A DNA stretch of 64,000 bases from Eledone cirrhosa (lineage: Eukaryota). The notes under the pieces are model-generated. The model was not told the origin of the DNA, ran no database searches, and worked only from the letters and a program-made list of their open reading frames with translations. The first letter of the stretch is position 1. Each line of letters starts with the position of its first letter. The stretch spans positions 41,416,001 to 41,480,000 of the forward strand of contig OZ024749.1 in assembly GCA_964016885.1 (NCBI GenBank). The letters are read 5' to 3'. Position numbers and translations under genes: made by a program. Shown here piece by piece: positions 1-12,518 of this stretch.

Positions 1-96
1 GGGTAACACATACCCCCGGTAAAATGTGCAACCCTCATCTCCAGGAGTACGAAGAGTTTGTACTCCCTTCCTCTCCTCCTCCTTTTCCTCAACCTA
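1..96 (-). mobile_element. Interspersed repeat fragment, reverse-complement match to 36628-36723
   Basis: gggtaacacataccccc...tgtgcaaccctcatctccaggagtac...ttttcctcaaccta is shared with the 36.7 kb copy. Confidence 0.75.
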
Positions 97-1413
97 GATA
101 GATAGATAAGATAGACAGATAGATAGATAGTGGTGGTGATAGTGATGTTGTTGTGGTAGTGTTGTCGGTGATGTTATAGTTGTCGTGACACATACACGCA
201 CACACATGTAGGGAAGTGGGGGGTGGTGGTGGTGTGTGTGTGGAGGTGTGTGTGTGTGTGTAAAGAGAAGTGAAAGTGAGTAACAACAAATATATGTGTC
301 TTCAATGTCACTAGAACCTCACAACAGCTACAATGTCAAGTATTTAGCCACTGCGACAGTTTTAGTCACAGGTCCAGATGACCTCACAAAACATGGCTTC
401 TCTTTTGATTTCATTTAGTTTTTTTATTTTATTTAGTTTATATTGATCTTTCTTTGTTTTTTTTTATTTATTTATTTATTTATTTATCTCTAATGAAGCT
501 TCACTTGAAACAAAATAATATCCACTTGTTGTTGTTGCGGTTGCTGCTGTTATTAGTGCTTTTGTTGTTGTTGTTGTTGTTGGCGGTGTTGCTGCTGTTG
601 CGACAAAAGAAGACAAACGTAGACTTTATAGGCTGCGGCAGCAACATCACCAACAGCAGCAACATAATCATCATCATCATCAGCAGCAATAATAACAACT
701 GCAACAGTTAGGTCTCACTGAAAGATAAAAAGTTGGAGGAGAAATCGAACTTCCAACTTAATCCATCATATAACTCTTTTATGAATATAACTTAAAAAAA
801 AAAATATATATATAATAATACAATATATGTATGTATATTCAATACCGAAGTAGAGTTTAAATATAGGACGGTAAATGTTAAAAATATGATGATAACAAAG
901 ATGTTGGGATGTTACCTTGCAGTTCTTTGTAGGCCCTTATATATTTCGTTGTAAAATCCTTTCATCGAAAGATTAATAGAAGAAAGGATTTCGGACGTGT
1001 GCATCTTTTTTTTTTTTTTTGTCGTTCTTAAGCTACCATATTTTGGAATTTCAAAAATATATCTACACACAAAATGCTTCAAACAAATACCCTTTTATAT
1101 GTATGCGTATTTTCCAGTCTCCTTCTCAAGAAGGAAGATGAAAAAATCTTACTTCTTAATTTTAAATCTTTAATTTTTAGTTTTTAATTCTTATTAATTC
1201 TTTTTAATTGTAATACTCAACATTTGACAAGATGAATTTTACTAATACATCGAAACCGGTAATACTTTATATAGATTAGAAAACTCTTTTTTAAAAGAAT
1301 TGTCCCTCTCACTTTTTCAATCAAAGAAAGGAAATCAAAGAAAGGAAGAAAAAAAAAAAGAAAAACAAACCCTAAAATATATTTTCCGTGCTATTTCCAA
1401 TTTCACCCCTCTT

Positions 1414-1449
<36 letters not shown>

Positions 1450-1557
1450 CATATATTTATATATATATATATAATCATTAAAACACCCGAGAAACCTGTG
1501 ATACAAAACCTCATAGAAAGCTAGCTAAACCTACATAGGTGAGAGGGGTAAATTTCA

Positions 1558-1646
<89 letters not shown>

Positions 1647-1959
1647 ACCTTCATCTTATCTCAGTATGATTCATTGAATAGATACTTCTATCATGACGAA
1701 ACTTATCTATTAGAAACTTTTGATGGGTGTTGTCGTTACTGTTGTTATTGTTGTTATTATTATTGTCGCGTTTTCGGAGTTTGCTAAATGTTTGCGAAAT
1801 GACCTGGTCAGGTCACAGAAGAATCATTTGAACCATTCATAAAAACCAAACAATAACTTTACGTAAAGTTTGACACCAGGAAATGAATGATAAATGTAAT
1901 GTGAATTTAGTAACGCTGTAATGTTGTGTTGATATAGCTGTACTTACTATACGTGGTGT

Positions 1960-2180
1960 GTTAACATATCCATACTGATCTGTGCTGCAGTGGTACGTTG
2001 AGCTGTGAATTGAGCTGTAAAGTCGTGGTATGTTGAGTTGTGTACTGAGCTATACTGTTGTGGTGTATTGAGCTGTGAACTGAACTGTATAGCTGTGGTA
2101 TGTTGAGCTATGCATAATGATGTGGTATGTTGAGCTATGAACTGAGCTGTACTGCTGTGGCATGTTGAGCTGTAAAGCTA
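1960..2180. repeat. Degenerate ~35-bp minisatellite
   Basis: Recurring gtggtatgttgagctgtgaactgagctgta. Confidence 0.75.
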
Positions 2181-2355
2181 TGCGTTTTAATATATGTACT
2201 GCCAAGGATGCAGTAAAAAAGATAAGGTGAAACTATTCTAGGTATGGTGTCTTGGTGTTTTTATCACTGTTTTATAATCTCCAGACTCTTGGAGATAACA
2301 ACTGGAACTTGGGGCGGTACATCGAGATTTGGAAACATTTCCAAAATCTTTGTAG

Positions 2356-2397
<42 letters not shown>

Positions 2398-2705
2398 GAG
2401 AGAGGGGGGGGGTGAGGGGAGAGAGAAAGTTATAGTGAAAGGGATGTATATTAAAAAGAGAGAAAGAGCACTGCGTAGATTGTAAGAGGAAGGACAAAAA
2501 GGAAAACCTAGATACCATAAATAGACTAGATGGTTGGATAAAATGATAGATTCAAGTAAAGTTATAAAAAAGTTATATAATGTGTGTGTGTGTGTATGTA
2601 CATATATATATGTGTATGTACACACACACATATATACATATATATATATATACATATATATATACATATATATACACACACACACACATATATATATCTA
2701 TCTAT

Positions 2706-3152
2706 CTAAGGAGGGTAAAATTCCCGAGATCCATGGACGAGTTCTCTCCAGCGGTCTCTGTCCCTCATTATCGCTGCCATATCCTGCATCTCCAACAGAC
2801 CAGTGTCTGTCCTTAGGGCATCAACATATGTTAACCTTGGTCTTCCTCTTCTAGTGTGTCCATGTAGGGGCTCCCAAAGGAGCACTGAGTGCAATGTCAA
2901 CTCTGGATGTCGGTGAGCATGTCCAGCCAACCTCAGTCTCCTCTGTGTCACCTTTGAGCTGACTTTTGGGATGCTCCCATACAGCTCTGAGTTTTTCATC
3001 CTCAGTGTATACTGATTAATGTTCAGAGCCATCCTCAGCATTCTCGTGTAGCACCCATCCACCATCTGAGTGAGTCTCTTGGTCAGTGTCCAAGTCTCAG
3101 ACCCATACAGCAGCACAGACTCCACTACAGCAATGAAGAGGCGGATTTTCAG
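2706..3152 (-). mobile_element. RTE-clade LINE 3' end (5'-truncated), open reading frame intact
   Basis: LKIRLFIAVVESVLLYGSETWTLTK...RRLRLAGHAHR...RRGRPRLTY...MRDRDRWR is the typical RTE ORF C-terminus. (TAGA)n tail, inserted in (TA)/(CA) microsatellite. Confidence 0.9.
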
Positions 3153-3163
3153 GCCTCTACGAA

Positions 3164-3294
3164 TTTCTCCCGTTCGTGCTTTCTTCGTATTTTTAAGTAT
3201 ATATATATGTATATATATATATACATAGAGAAAATGTATATATATATACATATATATATACTTAAAAATACGAAGAAAGCACGAACGGGAGAAA
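3164..3294. repeat. Inverted repeat with ~35-bp complex arms and a TA-rich centre
   Basis: tttctcccgttcgtgctttcttcgtatttttaagta / tacttaaaaatacgaagaaagcacgaacgggagaaa. Confidence 0.95.
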
Positions 3295-4929
3295 GTTTTC
3301 CTTTATCAGTTGCCTGCTGGGGGTCTCGGATATTTCTACGCATTAAAGACATATGTAAACAGCACTACACCACCTTCACCTCACCACATCTTCCTGTCTA
3401 TACCACACCACACCACACGACATCATGACCACCATACCCACCCCAGACCACACACCACACCTTAACAACTCCACAACACCACACTACACCTATACCTCAA
3501 CTCCACCAAACCACATCATCATCATCAACATATCACTCCACACCAACATCCCGCCCCGCCCCGCCCCGCCATCACAGTCAATATATTGGCCATCAGCTGC
3601 GTTCTCCATCATAGATGTTCCGTTACCATGGTGATGGGATTCTTCACAGATGAGCAGCGCGTGATTCCTCCTCCCGACAACCAATTGTTGACAGTCTGGT
3701 ATTATCTGTGTAGGTGTTTTATGTGTGTGTATGCGTTTACATTAGAGAGAGAGAGAGAGAGGGGGAGAGCGAGTACGTGGGTGTATGTATGTTAACAAAT
3801 AATATTGGTGTTTGTGGATGTGTGTTCCCAAGGCCACTTCTTTCTCACCATCACCTATCTCTATTGCAATTAGTACACTCTGTGAAGTTGGCGATAAAGC
3901 AGGAACAATGTAGGGTAGCGAAAGTTCTTTGGTCCTGCCGAAGGCATAACACCTTCTTTATTGTTGGTGCTACGATAAAGTATACCCACTACTCTCTGTA
4001 AAGTGGCTGCTGTTAGAAAGGGCGCCCAGTTATAGAAACTATGCCAAAAATGGTACGTACAAACGAGACGTGGTTCCCCAACCCGTCTAGGTGACAGTAA
4101 TTTGAAATAAGAACTTATTCAGACCATGATGACCCGTCCAATCCACGCCAGTATGGAAAGCGGGCGTTATTTGCAGATGATGAGAATAATGATGATGATA
4201 TGTGCACGTGTATGTGTATATGTTTGTGTGTGCATTCACATATGCACAAAAGTCTCTCTCTCTCTATATATATATATGTGTGTGTGTGTATACGTACACA
4301 CACACATATTTTCATAATCCAAATCCCATTTCAAGACTCTTATATAATGAGCTATTATGAAGTCGTTAAAATGCAAACAATTCAAAGCGAGGTTTTAGTG
4401 ATCGTCTGCTGGTCGTGTTACGTTATCGAGATAACACCAATGACAAGAACAATAGCCCTCACGCTCATCTCAGTGGACTTTCTTTCTCCCAATCACACTT
4501 TCATCTTTATTACTCATTAATTAAGCCACTAATCTGATATGACGCATTAAATTCAGATTAACTGTTTAATACATTCGTAGACGTGTCACCAAACTGATTA
4601 AACGAATTAATATAATAGATGAATTGGTGTCACAATATGGCGTCGCTGTCGTAACAACTGTCATCTGTTGTTGACAGATTACTACATAACATCGAATATG
4701 TGAAACACGCTAACACAATTTGGCTTTCTATCATTTCAAGGCTAATCTACTTCACTGGATATGTTTTTTGCGTGATTGAGCAAGGAACTTATAAATCCCA
4801 ATCTATTAAATGCTTCTTGTATGTTGGTAGATGGATTAACAAATGAAATTGTATTGCTCCCTTGAGCTGGGACCAAGAGCGAAAGAAACAATACAATTGC
4901 AATACAGTTGAAACATTCTAAAAGAGTTA

Positions 4930-5170
4930 ATACTGCGAATATTTTTTATAGAGCTTTGATAGGACGTGAGGTTAAGTTCATTTCGCAATTACGTGGTTTC
5001 AGTTTTTAAACCATGGCACACAGTGCCTTCGGTACTTCGTGTCGCTCAAAGCCTTCTGAGTGAAATTCGAAAGGGTATGGAGTTCGGAGATCATGATACC
5101 ACTCCATGTAGAACTGTTACTTCTCTGTATCGAGAGATCTCAGCCCTGGTACGAAAGACATGTGGTTAGA
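4930..5170 (+). mobile_element. Highly decayed mariner transposase N-terminal relic
   Basis: Fragments resemble the mariner HTH region (IFYDF..., PS.., SEIRKG..F.D..., RTVT), with stops and frameshifts. Confidence 0.4.
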
Positions 5171-5678
5171 ATGTCTCTGGAAAGAATCGCTGATCAGACT
5201 TTACGGACAAAGCCAAACGGCGGGGCGCTAGGGATAGACCACAAGCAAGATGGTTGGATATATATATAGATACACTCACACACACACACACATATAAATC
5301 TGTCTAACTATATGTTTGTGTTTATACATATATACATACATACTCACACACGTACGCACATACATGCACACACTAGCTCCTCGGAGCTAACTATTTCCAA
5401 TATTGCACCTACCAACATTCTCGCTCTTGTGCGTAATTACTGACCACTCTACCCAATCTTTCCTTCTCCACATCATTCCCCCTTCTGAATTCTCTTCTCT
5501 GTCCACTGATTAGCAATTATTTAAGAACAATAAAATCGATCTCACGCGAACCTTCGAAGGCCACCGACATAGCTAATGTATCCTGAACAATCAAATAAGG
5601 TTGCGTTAACAACAACAACGATCAATTAATCAATCGAGTCCCATCCCATATATTGGCGATATTATCTATTAGACGTGT

Positions 5679-5795
5679 CTGAGTTCAAATCCCGCCGAGG
5701 TTGACTTTGCCTTTCATCCTTACGGGGTCGATAAAATAAAGTACCAGTAATGCACTGGGTAATTGCTGGTCTTGTGCCTAAAATAGAAACAATTA
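5679..5795 (+). mobile_element. 5'-truncated SINE (family A) with 18-bp TSD
   Basis: ctgagttcaaatcccgccgagg...ctttgcctttcatccttacggggtcgataaaataaagtaccag...gaaacaat. TSD attatctattagacgtgt at 5661-5678 and 5792-5809. Confidence 0.85.
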
Positions 5796-6158
5796 TCTAT
5801 TAGACGTGTTGTAAGTAACTCTTTTTTATGTCGAGGTTTCACATCGATATTATTTCCAATCAACTGAGAGACGTTAATACAGTTTATGAAAGATATGTCA
5901 TATTTTGGAACGAGAGAGAAGGTAACATTTAAGGGTGAAGGTGCGCTCAGCCTTGTTGTTAGTGAGTAGAGATGGACTTAGGATCTCAATGTCGTAGGTT
6001 CAATTCTTGGATCGGGTGGTGCATTGTGTTCTTCAGTAAAACACTTTGCTCCTGTCAACTCAGGTTAATCCTGCGAATAAAAGAAGTCTTGTTTGTGTTC
6101 TCCACACCGTCGAGAATCGAACACACAACCTTACGATGGTGAGGCAAATACTCTAAAC

Positions 6159-6360
6159 CAGGCATGTCAAACATGCTGCCCTTTACAAGCACATCTGCAG
6201 CCCGCACCAAGGTTTTTACAGCGCGCGCATGTTTTATCTTCGAAATATAAAATTAAAAAAATTAGTTGTAATATGTGTCACATATTTGTCGTGCGTAGCC
6301 CCCAGACAACACATATGTGACCCATGTGGCCCGCGGAGGAGCCTCAGTTTGACTTGCCTG
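6159..6360. mobile_element. 202-bp non-autonomous hAT MITE inserted in a tRNA-SINE head
   Basis: TIRs CAGGCATGTCAAAC / GTTTGACTTGCCTG. Perfect 8-bp TSD CTCTAAAC at 6151-6158 and 6361-6368. Confidence 0.9.
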
Positions 6361-6680
6361 CTCTAAACACTAAGCCAGACAATTTCACCGTCTAATGTTT
6401 ATTGAGAAAGGATGGGACAGAAATGCAATACGTTGTTCTAATTGTTATCAACCCTGAGATCGGGGCGTCACAAATCAGTAATAATCTAGGTACATTGCTA
6501 GCGGGATCTTCTGGCCCTTACTCACACTCCACCACCACCACAATTACCTCTAGCTAATTACCCCCCCCCCCCCCCCAAGCAAGTATTTAGAAGATGTTTA
6601 TATTTTCTTCATAAAAACATGTAAAAAATATGTTAATTACTCATCTGTTCGAAAGTCTGAAATTCTTCCTTATCTTTATA

Positions 6681-6877
6681 CGAGGGTTGGCTGAAAAGTG
6701 AATAGGTTGACTATGAAGGAGTGATGTTAGAGATATGAAATCTTGCATCCATTAATTTCAACACCCCTTTTAAATAATTGCATTGTTTTTTTCCCCCAGA
6801 GACTATGTTGAAAAATAAACCTCATTTGGTCATTCCATGAGAGTATCTTGGTCAGCCTATGAACCTTTCAACCGACC

Positions 6878-6881
<4 letters not shown>
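6681..6881. mobile_element. Mariner-type MITE
   Basis: TA|CGAGGGTTGGCTGAAAAGT...ACCTTTCAACCGACCCTCA|TA inverted termini. Related copies at ~17113-17271 and ~30900-31006. Confidence 0.8.
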
Positions 6882-6944
<63 letters not shown>

Positions 6945-7214
6945 TATAAATTTTCAATCATATATATTTTTATATTTGCTTGACCCGAATTACTTGATCG
7001 TTCTTTCGCTGTGCGGATGATTAGTTTAACCACCATCTCAGCGTGTTTGGCCTTTAACGTATGTTGTAGCTCTAATTCATATGAATTATCGAGCGCTTGC
7101 CACACAACTCGGAAGTGTTTTTCGTTAATTCCTGAGCTGAAATTCGATTCTCGCTAATTTATACTTATATATATATATATATAATATTATATATAATATT
7201 ATATATATGCATGT

Positions 7215-7262
<48 letters not shown>

Positions 7263-7419
7263 GCATATCTAAACACACATATATAGATGTATGTACATAT
7301 ACTGCCCCCCCCCCCCCCAAAAAAAAAGATTGTTGGCCTTGTGCCTAAAATAGAAACCATTATCATGGTCATTACCATTATTATTGTTGTGGTTGTTGTT
7401 ATTATTAATCATTATTTGT

Positions 7420-7850
7420 CCGACGCTATGCTTTGACGCATAGAGTTACGGCCCTTGCTATTCTGAGTTCAAATCCCGCCGAGGTTAACTTTGCCTTTCA
7501 TCCTTACGGGGATCGATAAAATAAAGTACCAGTAATGCACTGGGATAATTGCTGGCCTTGGTCCAAATGTAGAAACAATTATTAAATGGTGAACAATTAT
7601 AGGGCGGTGAATTAGCAGTATCGGTAGGGTATCGGACGACATGCTTTGTGGCATATAGTTACAGCCTTTTGCGTTCCGAATTCAAATACTGTCGAAGTCA
7701 GCTTTGCCTTTCATCCTTTCTAGGTCGATAAAATATAGTGCCAGTCACGTACTAGGTAGATATAATCGTCACTCCCTTCCCTTTAAAGTGCTGGTCGTTT
7801 GCCTAAATTAGAAACCATTATGGCCTTGTGCCAATGTTAGAAAGAATCAT
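7420..7850 (+). mobile_element. Two tandem SINE family A copies
   Basis: Head gggcggtgaattagcagtatcggtag, B-box-like gagttcaaatcc, shared body and gaaacaattatt tail. Confidence 0.8.
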
Positions 7851-8322
7851 TAAACAGCTGTTTATGAAGAAAATCTATCTCGTTATTTATTATTTCAACT
7901 AGACCCACTTAGGCTCCTCAATGTCTGCTGCATCTGGTGCTTCAAAACTGTCAACACTTGGCCGCTAACTATATCGTTCAGGCTTGTACTATGTATAGTA
8001 AGTGTACAGTAAGAGTGTGTGCGTGACAATGCTGGAGGAGGTAAAAATTATTTGAATTGACTAAACAAGTGATATGGTGTCTTTAATGATGGATATTGTC
8101 GCCTAACAAAGCTCTCCTGTTAACTTAATCTGCCATTTCACGTGTCCTTACAACAGTGCTATCACTTGGTAAACTTCTCATAGGAAATTTATACAATCTA
8201 GTGGGTAGAGTTTCCAGCATGTGGAAGGTCATCATCGGAAACCAGAACATAGGAACTTGCACCTCCAGCAAGCGGAATATTCCTAGGATCATATACAATT
8301 CATAATTTAACATGCACTAACA

Positions 8323-8730
8323 ACTATAATCAGTCCTTCTTACCCAGAACATTAGCCCTCTGGAATTCTCACTCTGCAACTCTGCTCTAAAGACTATGAC
8401 CAGTCCTTCTCACCCAGAACGTTAACCTACTGGAATTCTCTCTGTAACTCTGCTCTAACGCCTATGACCAGTCCTTCTTACCTAGAACGTTAGCCCACTG
8501 GAATTCTCTTTGCAACTCTGCTCTAAAGATTGTGACCAATCCTTCTTACCCAGATCGTTAACCCTCTAGACTTCCCTCCCTGTAACTCTGTAACACAGTA
8601 ACCTTGCAATCCTGCAACCCCATACTAATAACTACACCCAGTTCTTCTTACTCACAACGATGATCCTCTGGAAGTTTCTCTTTGCAACTCTGATCTAACA
8701 AACAACTATGACCAGTTCATCTCATCCAGG
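8323..8730 (+). repeat. ~68-70 bp tandem repeat (about 6 units) within a CR1/L2/Jockey-like LINE 3' end
   Basis: Units start at 8323, 8393, 8461, 8529, 8631 and 8705. The unit translates YDQSFLPRTLAHWNSL. Confidence 0.8.
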
Positions 8731-9554
8731 ACTAGAGGCGCCTCGCTGCTCATATCTTCCCAAATGTGTGTATCTGCAAAAATTTAAACAGAGCATCAAC
8801 GATGTCGGATCTTGCAGTCTGGAAGGGTCCAGACAGAGACAACCAAACATCTCTAACACCGTCTTCAATATGGAGTCTTAACCTAAGACGGTCATGGTGC
8901 ATCACCGATGACGTCATTGGCATCTAATTAGCTGCATCTTTGTGGAAAGTAGACATTGCCGAGGTCATTATAACCATCATCATCATCATCATGATAATCA
9001 TCAATACCACCACCACCACCTCCCGTTGTCGCCCTCGTCATAACCGTCATCATCATCATCATTTTATTTCAGCCCCTTTCATATGTGTCTCACCAACTCA
9101 ACACTGAAGCACAGTGACGTCAGTGTGATGAGACGGCGCAGACGTTAACACACATTCGTAATGATGGGTGGCGATGATGTTGGAGAGGGACTTGCTTGGT
9201 GCATCACCGTATCGTTTCAGTTGCAGACACCAATTTGTCAGATGGTGATGATGATGGTTATGGCGGTGGTAGTGGTTGTAGTGGTGTGTTATTGCTGTCT
9301 CATCCGGATACACGCACGCACACACACACACAGCCATACTCATATGCGCAGGTTTACCTAGCCAGACACACATACATGGCCGTAAGCACACACAGACACA
9401 CATAGTCTCTCACACATACAAATACTCGATCAGACACCCGGTCACATCAATTTTATTCAGTTATTCGATATGAGTATGCCTCTGTGTCAGTTGTGTGTGT
9501 GTTGTATGTATGTATGCAGGCATGTAAGTATGTATGTATGCATTCATATAAATA

Positions 9555-9603
<49 letters not shown>

Positions 9604-9956
9604 AGGAATGTATATGTATGTGTGGTAGTGTGTATAAGGGGAAGACGGTATACATAATGTAGAACGTGGTGACATTGTTAACTGTAAATACAAACAGACG
9701 ACATTACGTCAAAAAGTCATTGCTGTCACATTACATCAACTATAACGGGGTATTTACATAGACATACACCGCATACACATACTTCATTTATACACACACT
9801 CTCTCTCTCTCTGTATATTTCTTACCCCCCCCCCCATATATATATATATATATATATATATGTGTATGCCTATATATATAAATATGTATCTCTGCCTATA
9901 TATATGTATGCCTATATATATATATATATGTCTGTATATGTATGTATGTATGTATG

Positions 9957-9995
<39 letters not shown>

Positions 9996-10539
9996 GCATG
10001 CGCTCACACAGTTACTCTGTCCCTCTTTTCGCTTTCTCTCAGAAGTGTACAGATTACACATAAACTCAGACTTATTCTTTCTATCTCTCTCCGACGATCT
10101 CTCCATTATAGATATTTAAACAGTTACACATCTATACACATACACCTATACAATCAGCTACACACACATCTATACAGACAAGCAGATACACACACACACT
10201 CATACACCTATACAATCAGTTACACATACAGACACACAGATCTCTATATACACGCACACATACATCGATGCTTCAATTTTATCTTTCAAATTTATTAGTC
10301 AGCAGACATAAATGATTAGTAACAATTAATCTGTCTAATACAATAAATAGCCCCCGTGGAAGGTCACGAGGTCAACATAACCAGCTGCAGCTTGAAATTA
10401 AACTCTTTAAATAGCTGATCCTTAAATTTTAACTCAATCTGCACATAGACGCAGTTGTTGGGGTTATTTAACCCTGGGTCAGCCCAGGTCTATTAGGCAT
10501 ATCAACAGGCTTCTACGAAGCTCGTACAAGACCCCATAT

Positions 10540-11285
10540 CAGTAGTGAAATGTAGGCCCGTTTAAAGCTAGCAATAGAATAGGCCCTTTCCAGAAGTGAA
10601 ATGCACCCTCCACTCCCCCCAAAAATTAAATTTAAAAAAAAATGATAATATTCCAGGCCACATGTAAGATGTAGCCCCACCACCCCGACCCGAGCAGGCA
10701 ATAGGCTCAAGCCATATGTACTAGGTACGTTACTCACAAAGTTGGTAGTAGGCCCAAACCAGATGTAAAATGTAGCCCGTTCTGCTTTCCTCAAAGCTGA
10801 AATTGGTCCAAGCCAGCTGCGAAATATAGGCCCGTGCAAAGTTACTAATAAACCCATGGCTGGTGTAAAATATAACACCCTCTTCCTCGTAGCTGGTAAT
10901 AGGCCCAGGCCTGGAGTAACACGTAGTTCCCGTCCCCTCCGCTATACTGGGAAAACTAGGACTAAAACATTTAAATTGCCAAATCTATTAACTGGTTACA
11001 AACTTTGTGAAATATTTCCGAATGTTTGTGTTAATTTGAGAATAATATTGACATCTCCAGCTACAGTAGCATCTGTAAACAGAAACCTATTAAAAACTTT
11101 CTATCGTCTGCCATGTCTCAAACCTATCCTCCACCATGCCTCAAATTATTTATTGTCTATTATAACTGAAACCTGACTTATCGATTTAACAGCATTAAGT
11201 ATTGAACTAAACATTGTCAGATAAATTGATTTTGACAGCGTTAGTAGATACTTTGCAGATAAAAAAAAGTCAGAAAAACTTATTT
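10540..11285 (+). mobile_element. hAT DNA transposon relic: AGGCCC subterminal repeats and C-terminal dimerisation-domain pseudogene
   Basis: EIFPNVCVNLRIILTSPATVAS...IKNFLSSAMSQ...LIDLTALSIE...IDFD...DTFADKK across frameshifts. Multiple aggccc motifs at 10555-10910. Confidence 0.8.
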
Positions 11286-12518
11286 CATTACCTGATTAAG
11301 CTTATTGTTTCTTTGTATAAAGTTATGTCGTTATCTGGTCATTCTAGTGCAGTGGGAATAAAGCATTTATACACGTTTACCAGTAACCATATTTAGAATA
11401 GCTAGAGATGAATTAACCCGTTTATACTTTCACGATGATAGATTCTCCATCAGCTTCGATGAAGAGTATTCCATTGTACCAACAACAGAAAGTCCGACTG
11501 TGGATGAGTATTTCATAGTAACGTGTACCCTAAATTCATGCGCTACCATAATGAAAGAAACTGTAAAATAATTTTACAAATAACCAAAAATGTAAAGAGA
11601 TTTAGTAATATAACTTTCTCTTTATCAAGCTGGTCAAAGGTTCTTATATAAAATTACGATGGAAAGTTTTTAGATAAATATAAACACTTTAAAATAAAAA
11701 AAACCTTCTAACATAGAACTAGGGGCAGATTCAGGCTCTTTGGCATGAAAGGGCTTAAGTATACAGTGAAGGTCCAGATGTTTAAACCTTATCATACCAT
11801 ATTTCTAATAGCATACACTATATTTTGGTTAATTAATGAAGAATTTGGGTGGATTTACAAAAAATTATTAATCAGTTTAGGATTAGGATGGTATTTTCTA
11901 ACATAACTTAACAAAAAGTTCTTACATAAAATTAAATGGAAGTCTTTTTAGATAAGTATAAACATTTTAAAAGAAAGTTTTGTATTGTTAACCAGTCAGA
12001 AACAAACATTAAATTGACATCTGTATGTATGTGACGTCCGATCGAGTATCCCCCACCTCCAACTATCTTACCCTCCACCTCATTTGCATTGTAGAACCAG
12101 TGAAATCAAGTTTTTGATAGGTCCCCTACCATACCCCCCCCCCCCTAAATCCTGAGGTTTCTACGGAGTACAGTTTAGAAACTGTTGTCTTAATGTCATA
12201 TTAGTTAGTACAATGGAAGGGGTCGAGGTGACACCATTGTCTCTAGCTGTGTACTAGGGCATGAGCTGACCTTAAATACAGTCCTGTCTATGGATGTCGG
12301 TCAATAAACTCACGTGGCCTTCTGTATTTTAGTTAATTATACGTTAGTTGATGAGCATTGGCGGTGAATTTATAGACTTGTCAGGGCGTCGGATTAAAAA
12401 TGGTTCGGTATTTGTTCTGGTTCACTGCTCTCTAAGTTCAAATGTCATAGAGGGCAACTTGCATTTCATCTTTTCGAGGAAAATAAATGAATTGCTGTGA
12501 CACGTTCTTCGTCTCCTT

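Noticed and set aside
1-70. Two hairpins suggesting an HDV-like ribozyme
   Set aside because: I could not build the nested double pseudoknot. It is better explained as a LINE 3'UTR stem-loop shared with 36628-36723.
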